Shown in pieces: positions 37,112-46,140 of a stretch of 64,000 nt of DNA; within the stretch, counting starts at the first letter, position 1; each line of letters opens with the position of its first letter. The DNA comes from Longimicrobiales bacterium. Its GTDB lineage: Bacteria > Gemmatimonadota > Gemmatimonadetes > Longimicrobiales > Gaopeijiaceae. The notes beneath the pieces were generated by a model. The model was given only the letters and a program-made list of their open reading frames with translations. It searched no databases and was not told where the DNA came from. The position numbers and the translations under genes are program-made. Location: NCBI GenBank assembly GCA_965249725.1, contig OZ252251.1:576001-640000 (forward strand), given 5' to 3'.

Positions 37112-39451
37112 GTGCTGCCCATCCTCCTGAGTCTCCTGAGCGTTGTTCCGCTCAGCCAGCAAGCGGTCCAGTCCGCCTACGTCGGGACGCGTAGCGAAAC
37201 CGACGTCACGGTGCCGCGGCTCGAGCAGAGCGCGGATATCGATGGGGCGCTCGACGAGCCGGTGTGGGCCAGCGCGGCCGTCCTCACCGGATTCTCACAG
37301 TATGAACCGGTCGATCAGAGGCCGGCTGCCGACACGACTCAGGTTCTCGTCTGGTATTCGCCTACGGGCATCTACTTCGGGATCAAGGCGTTCGACGCCT
37401 CCGGTTCCGTGAACGCCACGCTCGCGGATAGGGACAAGATCGACGGGGACGATCACGTCCAACTCCTGCTGGACACGTTCGACGATCAACGGCAAGCACT
37501 GTTCTTCGGCGTGAACCCGCTCGGGATCCAGCAGGATGGGAACCGGACCGAAGGAGAGCAGGGAAGCGCGGGCCGGGGGGGTGGAAACCGAGGAACCGAC
37601 CTGACACCCGACTACGTGTTCGATTCGCGGGGGCGGGTCACGGACTACGGGTACGAGGTGGAGATCCACATCCCCTTCGAGAGCATCAGCTATCAAGGAT
37701 CCGACGTCCAGAATTGGGGCATCAACGTTATTCGGAAGGTGCAGCACTCCGGGTTCACGGACACTTGGACATCCACGAACCGGGGGGCGGCTTCCTTCCT
37801 GGCGCAGTCGGGGCGCTTGGTCGGCCTGCGCGACCTCACGCGCGGCACGGTCGTGGACTTCACCCCCACGTTGACGGGAAAGCTGGACGGCGCTCCCGAC
37901 GTCGACGACGCGTGGGCCTATGGCTCCGACGCGGAGATGGGAGGAAGTCTGCGGGTCGGCCTGAGCGCGAACCTCACCTTGGACGCCACCGTAAACCCGG
38001 ACTTCTCGCAGGTCGAGGCCGACGTGGGCCAGCTCTCCAGCAACGAGCGCTTCGCCCTGTTCTTCGCGGAGAAGAGACCCTTCTTCCTCGAGGGCATCGA
38101 CCGCTTCGACACTCCGAATCGACTCATCTACACGCGGCAGCTCCGCGACCCCGTGGCCGGCCTGAAGCTCACCGGCAAGGTGGCGGGCATGAACGTGGGT
38201 CTGCTCTCTGGTGTGGATGCGTCCAGGACGAACTCCACCGGAGGTGAATCGAACCCGTTCTTCAACGCCCTACGATTGAGACGGGATGTAGGGGGGCAGT
38301 CCACTATCGGCGTGGTGTATACCGACCGGGTCGTGGGGGACGACTTCAACCGGGTCGCGGCGGCGGACGCCCGCATGGTTTTCGGAGGGCTCTATACCCT
38401 GGCCGTCCAGGGAGGTGCGAGCTTCACCAGGAGTGGCGGTGCCACCGTAGACGCCCCCATCTGGGAGGCGAGCTTCCAGCGGACGGGACGCCGTGTTGTG
38501 CTGTCCTACCAAATCGCCGGTGTCCATCCGGACTTCGAGACCCAGGTCGGCTTCGTCAACCGACCGGGGGTGATCTCGACCCGAACCTCCAACAGCCTGC
38601 ACTTCTACGGAAAGCCCGGAGCATTCGTCGAGCGCTGGACGCCGTCGTTCAGCGCATTCGGGTGGTGGGCCTACCACGGGCTCTGGGACGAAGCCCCGGT
38701 CGAAACGAAGACGTTCTTTGCGAACGCGTTCCAGCTCCGGGGCGGATGGTCGCTCCGAGTGAACTACGGGTGGGAGAGCTACGCATTCGACGCCGATCGG
38801 TACGCCGACTACGGGGTCGTTCGCCCGTCGGCCGCCGGCGCCGACACGGTGTCCTGGACGCCTCCGACTCGAATCCAGGGTGTCCGAGGATGGATCCCGA
38901 GCATCACTACTCCCGAGTTCTCGTCCTTTTCGGGCAGGGTCAGCGCGAGTCTGTGGCGAGACGTGGGTTTCGCCGAGGCGAGGGGAGTCTGGCTGTTCCG
39001 GCCCAGCGTGACCATGAACTGGAGACCGACCGATCAGCGACGGCTGAACTTCCGATACAGCCAACTCACGCTCGACCGCCGCTCCGACGATTCGAACATG
39101 TCCATCGAGAGGATTCCGCGGCTTTCGCTGGAGTACCAGATATCGCGGTTCCTGTTCGTGCGGCTCGTCGGTCAGTACGCGTCCGTCAGGCGAGACGCGC
39201 TGCGAGCCGGAGACACCGATGAACCGATCTTCCTGTTCGACTCGGATAGCGGGGGATGGCTCCCCTCGGAACCGTTCGAGGAGAACGAGTTCACAGGAGA
39301 CCTCCTGCTGTCCTACCGCCCGAATCCGGGGACGATTCTGTTCTTGGGGTACGGAGCCACGCTCCAAGATCCCGATGCCTTCGAGTTCCGTCACCTGGAG
39401 CGCGAAGAGGACCGCTTCTTCATGAAGCTGAGCTACCTCTTCAGGCGGTAG
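37112..39451 (+). CDS. CBM9-like plus DUF5916 outer-membrane protein
   Basis: IDGALDEPVW, LDTFDD, IPFESI, TVNPDFSQVEAD, EKRPFFLEG, C-terminal FMKLSYLFR. Confidence 0.88.
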   Translation: MLPILLSLLSVVPLSQQAVQSAYVGTRSETDVTVPRLEQSADIDGALDEPVWASAAVLTGFSQYEPVDQRPAADTTQVLVWYSPTGIYFGIKAFDASGSVNATLADRDKIDGDDHVQLLLDTFDDQRQALFFGVNPLGIQQDGNRTEGEQGSAGRGGGNRGTDLTPDYVFDSRGRVTDYGYEVEIHIPFESISYQGSDVQNWGINVIRKVQHSGFTDTWTSTNRGAASFLAQSGRLVGLRDLTRGTVVDFTPTLTGKLDGAPDVDDAWAYGSDAEMGGSLRVGLSANLTLDATVNPDFSQVEADVGQLSSNERFALFFAEKRPFFLEGIDRFDTPNRLIYTRQLRDPVAGLKLTGKVAGMNVGLLSGVDASRTNSTGGESNPFFNALRLRRDVGGQSTIGVVYTDRVVGDDFNRVAAADARMVFGGLYTLAVQGGASFTRSGGATVDAPIWEASFQRTGRRVVLSYQIAGVHPDFETQVGFVNRPGVISTRTSNSLHFYGKPGAFVERWTPSFSAFGWWAYHGLWDEAPVETKTFFANAFQLRGGWSLRVNYGWESYAFDADRYADYGVVRPSAAGADTVSWTPPTRIQGVRGWIPSITTPEFSSFSGRVSASLWRDVGFAEARGVWLFRPSVTMNWRPTDQRRLNFRYSQLTLDRRSDDSNMSIERIPRLSLEYQISRFLFVRLVGQYASVRRDALRAGDTDEPIFLFDSDSGGWLPSEPFEENEFTGDLLLSYRPNPGTILFLGYGATLQDPDAFEFRHLEREEDRFFMKLSYLFRR

Positions 39452-39513
39452 TGACCGCGCCGCCACGAGTCCGGCATCGGACCCCCGAGGTCAGGCGGTG
39501 CCGCGCCTCTACC

Positions 39514-41274
39514 TCAGTACCTCCAGCTCGTGAGATCCGCTCCCGGAGGCGCCGCCTCCTGGATCCTCTCCAGAATCCGCGGCACGTACATCTGGTTGTA
39601 GCGGAGTCGTGAGAGTGCGTTGGGCCGGTCGTGGTCCCCGTTCCAGCAGTGACCTGCCCGAGGTTCGTAGCCCACGACTCCGCCGTAGTAGGGATCGGTC
39701 GTGCTCTCCAGGAAATCCTCCATCAGGTAGACGGCGTTGTTGAGGTACGAGTTGTCCATCTCACCCACGTAGATGTGGATCTTGCCTTCCAGCTTCGGAC
39801 CCAACGTCGCCCAATCCCGCTCGAGGATATGGCGTAGGTCGAAGTTCTCCCTCATGTAGCTCGCGACCTCTGGGTCGATCTCGCCCGTCATCTTATCCCA
39901 GACATGGCGCGGGTAGCCGTCTTCTCCGGTGGGCCCGAAGAGCGTCAGCCACACGTCGCGCTGACCCCCCGAGCGGCCCTTGGTGCCCAGGACCAGCTCC
40001 TTATGGTTCACGTCTTCGAGTGTGGTCGTGACCTGCCCGAGCGTCGTACGGCTGCGCGGTCGTGCCGTCCGCTTCCAGTCGGATTCAGGGTAGTAGGCGT
40101 TCTTGTCCTCGTACAGGTTCACGAGCGTATAGGCACGGAAATCTATCGGGTCTGGGCAAGCGGCGAACGCCCCGTTGTATTCGTCCGGATAGAACACCTG
40201 CACGGCCAGGGCCTCCCACCCTCCGGTCGACCCTCCATAGAGGAAGCGGGCCCAACCCTCGCCGATTCCCCGGAACTGCTCCTCGATGTGGGGGATCAGT
40301 TCGTGAGTGATGGCGTCCCCGTACGGACCCATGTTCTCCGAGTTCACGGCGTACGAGTCGTCGAAGTACGGCGTGGGGTGCTGGATCGAGATGATGATCA
40401 TTCTCGGGAAGTCAGGTCCGGTCCACTCCCTGTAGAACTGGTGGGCGTGCTCCTGCACGATGCGGTTGTAGCCCTCGAGGTCGAAACGCGCGCTGTAGTC
40501 GGGCGGTAGGTCGGCGTCCGGTGGGTCCTCCCGGAACCCACCGAAGTCGGCAGGAAAATGACCGTGGGATATCGCGAGCGGATAGCGGGCCTCCGGGTGT
40601 TCGTCGAATCCTTCGGGCAGTAGGACGTGTGCGCCGAGGTAGGTGGGGCGCCCCCAGAACTCGGAGAGCAGCTCGCTCTGCATACGGACGTGCTTTACGT
40701 ACTTCGTGTCCTCGGGGGGCAGGATCGGGGGGACCTCCTGGTCCATCGATATACGGATGGTCTCGTTCTCCCCCGGATCGATCCGAACGCGCTCGGGCGT
40801 GCTGTAGAAGTTGCCCGGCTTGCGTTCCAGATGCTGCCCTTCGCCCTTGTCGGGAGGCAGCTTCAAGACCCGCCCGTCACTCAGGTGGAACGTCTCGTAG
40901 CGGTTGAGGAGGGCCTGAATCCAGTAGTCGCCGGGTGGAATGTGTGTGAGGCTCTCGAGCGGGTACCCAAACACATCGGCATCGATGGTGGCCTCTTCGC
41001 CGGGTGCGAGACCGTCGGCGTCTACGCCGAACACGAGCTGGGTCTCGAGGCCGTTGCCGACCTGGAAGCGTGGCTCGGCGGCGTCGTTCTTCGATATGTA
41101 GAGGAGCACCCGTCCGTCCTGGGACTCGGCGCTGCGAACTTCGGGAAACGAGATGGCAAACTCGAGCCGGGTGTCGTCACGACCCTGACAACCGACGACA
41201 AGAAAACTCAACGATAGGCCGATGAGTGCGAGGCGGGGCTCGGGTGAGCGGCCGGGGCGGAACAGCCGGTTCAT
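39514..41274 (-). CDS. Secreted alpha/beta-hydrolase (esterase family) lipoprotein
   Basis: SELLSEFWG, VLLP, ELIPHIE, GGSTGGW nucleophile elbow, VGEMD, GHCW; lipobox VVGC. Confidence 0.82.
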   Translation of the reverse strand: MNRLFRPGRSPEPRLALIGLSLSFLVVGCQGRDDTRLEFAISFPEVRSAESQDGRVLLYISKNDAAEPRFQVGNGLETQLVFGVDADGLAPGEEATIDADVFGYPLESLTHIPPGDYWIQALLNRYETFHLSDGRVLKLPPDKGEGQHLERKPGNFYSTPERVRIDPGENETIRISMDQEVPPILPPEDTKYVKHVRMQSELLSEFWGRPTYLGAHVLLPEGFDEHPEARYPLAISHGHFPADFGGFREDPPDADLPPDYSARFDLEGYNRIVQEHAHQFYREWTGPDFPRMIIISIQHPTPYFDDSYAVNSENMGPYGDAITHELIPHIEEQFRGIGEGWARFLYGGSTGGWEALAVQVFYPDEYNGAFAACPDPIDFRAYTLVNLYEDKNAYYPESDWKRTARPRSRTTLGQVTTTLEDVNHKELVLGTKGRSGGQRDVWLTLFGPTGEDGYPRHVWDKMTGEIDPEVASYMRENFDLRHILERDWATLGPKLEGKIHIYVGEMDNSYLNNAVYLMEDFLESTTDPYYGGVVGYEPRAGHCWNGDHDRPNALSRLRYNQMYVPRILERIQEAAPPGADLTSWRY

Positions 41275-41480
41275 GCTCTCACCTCCGATTGGCTGAGGTC
41301 GGGTAGACGTGCTCGAAGCGGGTCGGGGGACCATGAACTGTTATCCCCTTTGCCGCCCTCCCACAAGCGTCAGTGCCTACCCTCCGCCCAGTGCTTTCGG
41401 GGTTCTTGACCAGGCGCCCGCAGGCCGCAGATTGAACCGGCGAGTAACCTATCGACCGCTGAGCCCGTGGGAGGCTCCTG

Positions 41481-42329
41481 ATGAGATTTCGAAACCAACC
41501 CCGCCGCGGCCGATCCGGCCGCTTCGCGATATGTATCGAGACTGCTGTGTCTTCGATCCTGGTCTTTGGACTGTCGGCTTGTGGTGGGGACGCCGGCGGC
41601 GGAGCCGAGCGCACCCCTGTGGCGGAACAGCCGGCGGCGGGGGCCCCAGGTGGTGGCGACTCGGGCTACGCCGTAGTCACGGTTGACGACCCAGGTTCGA
41701 TCAGCGGCACCGTCAGCTTCTCCGGAGCCGTGCCCGCTCCCCGCAACGTGGCCGTTTCCGATGATGTGGAGGCGTGCGGCACTTTGGTCGAGGTGCAGGA
41801 TCTGGAGGTCGGCCCGGGCGGCGGGCTGGCGAACGCGGTCGTATCCCTTACGGACATCACCCGGGGAGCCCCCCTGGAGGCGTCGGCAGTTCCTCCCACT
41901 CTCGACCAGCGGGGCTGTCGGTTCTCGCCCCACGTCGTACTCGCGGCGGTCGATGAGGTCGTGGAGATTCTGAACAACGACCCCGTGATGCACAACGTCC
42001 ACACCGTGGCGTTCGACAACCGTGCGTTCAACCGAAGTCAGCCTCCCGCCGTGAAGAAGATCGACGCGAGCTTTCAGGTTCCCGAGAAAGTCCGAGCGAA
42101 GTGCGATATTCACGGGTGGATGAGTGCCTGGGTCGTGGTTGTCGACCACCCGTACTACGCCGTCACGGGCAGTGACGGAAGCTTTGTCGTCGAGAACGTC
42201 CCCCCCGGAACCTATACGCTGGAGGTGTGGCATGAGGCCTTGGGAGCCACCACCCGGACGGTGATGGTTACGGGCGGTGAGACTTCAGATGCGAGTGTGG
42301 AGTTGACGCAGGACGCGCCCCGACCGTGA
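41481..42329 (+). CDS. Cupredoxin-like lipoprotein with a carboxypeptidase-regulatory-like domain
   Basis: Lipobox LSAC; DQRGCRFSPHV, HNVH, CDIHGWM, VPPGTYTLEVWHE; GTGA overlap with the oxidase gene. Confidence 0.82.
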   Translation: MRFRNQPRRGRSGRFAICIETAVSSILVFGLSACGGDAGGGAERTPVAEQPAAGAPGGGDSGYAVVTVDDPGSISGTVSFSGAVPAPRNVAVSDDVEACGTLVEVQDLEVGPGGGLANAVVSLTDITRGAPLEASAVPPTLDQRGCRFSPHVVLAAVDEVVEILNNDPVMHNVHTVAFDNRAFNRSQPPAVKKIDASFQVPEKVRAKCDIHGWMSAWVVVVDHPYYAVTGSDGSFVVENVPPGTYTLEVWHEALGATTRTVMVTGGETSDASVELTQDAPRP

Positions 42330-44356
42330 ACTTCCGCCCATCCGGGTTCCTGGCGAAGAACACGTCGGTGCGATGCACCATGGTCGTCGCCGGTTGCGTA
42401 CTTGTCTGCCTTCTCTTCCCCGAGGTCCTGTGGGCCGTCCAGGGTGAGGCCCTGTCGTCGGGCGAGACCGTCCGAACCTTTTTCGGGCTGAGCCCCCGAG
42501 CCACAATATGGGTAGTGGCCCAGTTGCACCTCCTGTTCGCGGCATTCGTTCTCGGCGTTCCGATCTTCGCTGTTATCGTGGAATTCATCGGGTGGCGTAC
42601 GGGTGAGCAGCGCTATGATCGCCTGGCTCGGGAGTTCATCAAGCTTCTGACCGTTGCGTTCGCCACGACCGCCGCCCTCGGGGGGCTCCTGGCGTTCACG
42701 CTGTTCGGACTCTATCCGACGTTCTCGGGCTACTTCATCAGCATCTTTTCGCCGTCGCTTTACATCTACGCGGCGTTTTTCTTCGTTGAAACGGGGATCC
42801 TCTACAGCTACTACTATTCATGGGATCGCCTGATGCATCACAAGGGCGTCCACATCACCCTCGGCGTCTTGCTCAACTTGGCAGGCACCGTCCTGGTCTT
42901 CATCTCAAACGCGTGGGCTTCGTACATGATGAGCCCCGTCGGCGTGGACGAGACCGGCACCTTCGTCGGCACTACGATGGAAGCGGTCACGAATCCCCTT
43001 TGGATGCCGTTGAACATCCATCGTGTCCTGGGGAACGTGGCGTTCGGCGGGTTTGTCGTGGGTGCCTATGCCGCTGTCAAGTTCCTTGCCGCTCGCACGG
43101 AAGAGAGGCGGGCCCACTACGACTGGATGGGGTACGTCGGAAACTTCATCGGCCTGGCGGCACTGATACCGCTACCCTTCGCCGGGTACTACCTGGGTCG
43201 AGAAGTCTACAGCGCCAACGCGGTCATGGGAAACAACATGATGGGTGGGGCTTTCTCCTGGACCTTCATCTTGCAGGCCGCGCTCGTGGGCATGCTGTTC
43301 ATTATCGGCAACTACTACTTATGGTCGGGGATGAACCGCATTCCCGGAGCCGAGCGGTATCAGAGATTCGTCAAGTACTTCAACGTCATTCTGATCGTTT
43401 GTGTCGCCATCTGGCTCACCCCCAGGAACCTGCCTCTGAGCGCCGAGGAGCAGCTCGCGCTGGGGGGTCAGGTCCACCCGGTGCTGGGCTATTTTGGCCT
43501 GATGGCGGCCAAGAACGCGGTCATCAACTTCATCATCCTAACTACCTTCGCGAGCTTTCTGCTCTACCGAAGAGCAAACAAGACCGACTTGGTGCCGGTG
43601 TCGGAGCAGGGTCGTGGGGCCGCGACCCTCATCCTGCTGGCGGGCGGGTTGTGTCTGCTCATCCTCGGGTGGTATGCCAGAGTGCTCTTCACCTTGCCCC
43701 CGGACTCGCTGGGTCTAGGACCCGAGAAGGCGATATACGTCCAGATCCCCGCGTTCCTCCTCGTGGCTACGATGCTTGTTGCGGTTGTGTGCGTTGTCTT
43801 GTCGCTTCGGGACCGAGGCCACCTCGCCCAGATAGTCTATGTGGTCACCGTGGCCCTGGGGTCGGTGGGTGTGCTCGGAGTCTACGGGTTCGTCGTCATG
43901 GTGCAGGCCAATCCGCTATTGCGGCAGGTCGCGGCCACACAGTGGCTGATACTCATGTCGGCGTTGATCCTGGTCACCGCCATCGATGTTCTCCTGTTCC
44001 GGGGAGCCAGAAGCCTCGGGGCCATTCGCTGGGGCGAAGTCACGGCCCGCTCCCAGTACGCGTTGATCGCCCTCTGCGTGACCATAGTCTTGACCATGGG
44101 GCTCATGGGGTTCGTGCGCTCCGGGCTCAGGGAGAACTGGCACATTTACGGCGTCATGCGGGACACGTCTGAGTGGGGCTTCACTCCCACGACGGCGGTG
44201 ATGACACAGATGGTGGGAGCCATTACGCTCCTGTTTCTGACGGTTGTGGCTTTCTTGTTTTGGCTCTCGGGCCTGGATGCGAAGGAACAGGTGCCGGCGG
44301 AGTCCGAGGCGTCGGGTCCACGGAAACCGGTGCTCGAACCCGCAGGATCGGATTAG
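42326..44356 (+). CDS. Cytochrome bd-like oxidase subunit I (CydA superfamily, no Q-loop, OR-N/Nitrospira type)
   Basis: QLHLLFAAFVLG (E. coli H19 equivalent), FFVE (E107), SYMMSP, NIHR (H186), RSGLRENWHIYG (variant of GRQPW); many extra hydrophobic helices. Confidence 0.85.
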   Translation: MNFRPSGFLAKNTSVRCTMVVAGCVLVCLLFPEVLWAVQGEALSSGETVRTFFGLSPRATIWVVAQLHLLFAAFVLGVPIFAVIVEFIGWRTGEQRYDRLAREFIKLLTVAFATTAALGGLLAFTLFGLYPTFSGYFISIFSPSLYIYAAFFFVETGILYSYYYSWDRLMHHKGVHITLGVLLNLAGTVLVFISNAWASYMMSPVGVDETGTFVGTTMEAVTNPLWMPLNIHRVLGNVAFGGFVVGAYAAVKFLAARTEERRAHYDWMGYVGNFIGLAALIPLPFAGYYLGREVYSANAVMGNNMMGGAFSWTFILQAALVGMLFIIGNYYLWSGMNRIPGAERYQRFVKYFNVILIVCVAIWLTPRNLPLSAEEQLALGGQVHPVLGYFGLMAAKNAVINFIILTTFASFLLYRRANKTDLVPVSEQGRGAATLILLAGGLCLLILGWYARVLFTLPPDSLGLGPEKAIYVQIPAFLLVATMLVAVVCVVLSLRDRGHLAQIVYVVTVALGSVGVLGVYGFVVMVQANPLLRQVAATQWLILMSALILVTAIDVLLFRGARSLGAIRWGEVTARSQYALIALCVTIVLTMGLMGFVRSGLRENWHIYGVMRDTSEWGFTPTTAVMTQMVGAITLLFLTVVAFLFWLSGLDAKEQVPAESEASGPRKPVLEPAGSD

Positions 44357-44361
44357 CACGC

Positions 44362-45336
44362 ATGTCGGCTCTCAAGATCTCGGTCTTCACCATGTGCCTC
44401 ATCGGCCTTTTCATCTGGGCGGGAGGCGCGATCACGCGGGTGTCGGGCGAGGGCGCCCCGGCGGCGTTGGGTGAGGGACTCAGCGTGGAGAACGGGGAGC
44501 AGATCTTCTGGGGCCCGGGAAAGTGCAGCACGTGCCATTCCATCGGGAGTCGCGGGAGTTCCGTGAGGGGCCCGAACCTCGGCCAGTCGGTGGTGGGTCC
44601 GGAGATGGCCATCCGGGCCGTGGAACGGGCACGTGAGCGGTCGGCGGCCCTTGGCAGGACAGTGACGGGTACCGCCTACCTGATCGAGTCCATCGCCGAA
44701 CCGGGCGCCTATGTGGTCGATGGCTTCAAGAACGAGATGCCGATCGTTTACGAGCCGCCTATCAGCCTCGGGCCGGATCAGATCGGCTCCGTCATCCTTT
44801 ACCTTCAGTCCCAGGGTGGCTCACCCGATCCCACGGCCGTGGTGCTGCCCCCTGAGATCCACGCTGCAGCCCGTCGGACCAGCGACGCGGAGCCGTGGGC
44901 ACCTTACATGGATGGCGATTCTCTTGCGGGCCGTGAGCTGTTCTTCGATCTGGAGGGACCGACTCCCTGCGCCAAGTGCCACAGGATCGACGGAGAGGGC
45001 GGCGATGTGGGGCCCGACCTCACGGGCGTCGCTGGAATGCGAACGGCACAGTTCATCGTGGAGTCGATTCTTCAACCCAGCAAAGTAATCGCCGGAGGGT
45101 ACGAGGCTGTCCTCGTGCAGACGACGGACGGGCGCCTCTTGGACGGCGTAATCCGGCGGGAGACCGAGGACACGGTGTGGCTGGCCACGGCCGACGGGGT
45201 GGAGTTCGCCCTCACTGCCGGGAGCATCGCTCGTCGGCGAACGCAGGAGCTATCCCTCATGCCGGGCGACTTTGCCGATCTCCTGTCGGTTGGCGGCCTG
45301 CACGACCTCTTGGCGTTCCTCCGAACACGGCAGTAA
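44362..45336 (+). CDS. Membrane-anchored di-heme c-type cytochrome
   Basis: N-terminal TM helix; CSTCH...YLIESIAEPGAYVVDGFKNEMP; CAKCH...GPDL...SLMP. Confidence 0.88.
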   Translation: MSALKISVFTMCLIGLFIWAGGAITRVSGEGAPAALGEGLSVENGEQIFWGPGKCSTCHSIGSRGSSVRGPNLGQSVVGPEMAIRAVERARERSAALGRTVTGTAYLIESIAEPGAYVVDGFKNEMPIVYEPPISLGPDQIGSVILYLQSQGGSPDPTAVVLPPEIHAAARRTSDAEPWAPYMDGDSLAGRELFFDLEGPTPCAKCHRIDGEGGDVGPDLTGVAGMRTAQFIVESILQPSKVIAGGYEAVLVQTTDGRLLDGVIRRETEDTVWLATADGVEFALTAGSIARRRTQELSLMPGDFADLLSVGGLHDLLAFLRTRQ

Positions 45337-45348
45337 AGGAGCACTGAC

Positions 45349-46140
45349 TTGGTAAAGGAAGGCGAACCTCGCGTGGGGGGAAGCGGCTTTGCGGCGGCGG
45401 CGGTCACCTTCATCGCGGTCTACGTGGGTCTTCGCTTCGGGGTCCCGTGGCTCGCCGTCCTCGTTGGGCTGAGTCAGACTCCTGCGCCCGTTCCGGGGTT
45501 CGCGCTCGGGGGCTACATGGCGTGCGTCGTTGTGGGCACGTTGGTCTACATGAGTGCTGAAGAGGGACGCTGGCACCTGTTCCTCGTTCCGGTGGTCGGG
45601 GTCTTCACCATCCCCGCCGAGGGCCCGCGGCGTGCCCAGTTGGTGATTCTGGCGCTTATCCCGTTGCTTGCGGGATGGGCGGCGTGGCGGCGGTTGGTGC
45701 CCCCCCCCCGCACCCCGGCCGTAATCCGCGTTCAACACCCGGCCCTCCCCGACCAGTTCGCGGCACTCGAGAACCCGTACGGTGAGGCGTCGCAGGAGGA
45801 ACGAGCGCTACTCGAGCGCGAGGGCGTCGTTCTCTACCAGAAGAACTGCAGGCCCTGCCACGGGACGAAGGCTGACGGGTCAGGGCCTTTGGCTAGGGGT
45901 CAGCGTCTTCGGCCCGTCGATTTTGGCGATCCTGGAACGATCGCCACCGTGGTGGAGCCCTACCCCTTCTGGAGGATCAGTGAAGGGACGAAGGGGCTGC
46001 CCGGCATCGCCACGCCCTGGAACTCTGCCATGCCCTCCTGGGGAGAAGAGCTCGACGACGAAGAGATCTGGCGTATCATCATGGCCGAGTACCGTCTAGC
46101 GGGGACCGAGCCCCGCCGGCCGGAGGGCTCGGAGCGATGA
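45349..46140 (+). CDS. Membrane mono-heme c-type cytochrome
   Basis: About 3 TM helices, then CRPCHG..ADGSG and PWNSAMP; TTG start after AAGGAG. Confidence 0.87.
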   Translation: MVKEGEPRVGGSGFAAAAVTFIAVYVGLRFGVPWLAVLVGLSQTPAPVPGFALGGYMACVVVGTLVYMSAEEGRWHLFLVPVVGVFTIPAEGPRRAQLVILALIPLLAGWAAWRRLVPPPRTPAVIRVQHPALPDQFAALENPYGEASQEERALLEREGVVLYQKNCRPCHGTKADGSGPLARGQRLRPVDFGDPGTIATVVEPYPFWRISEGTKGLPGIATPWNSAMPSWGEELDDEEIWRIIMAEYRLAGTEPRRPEGSER

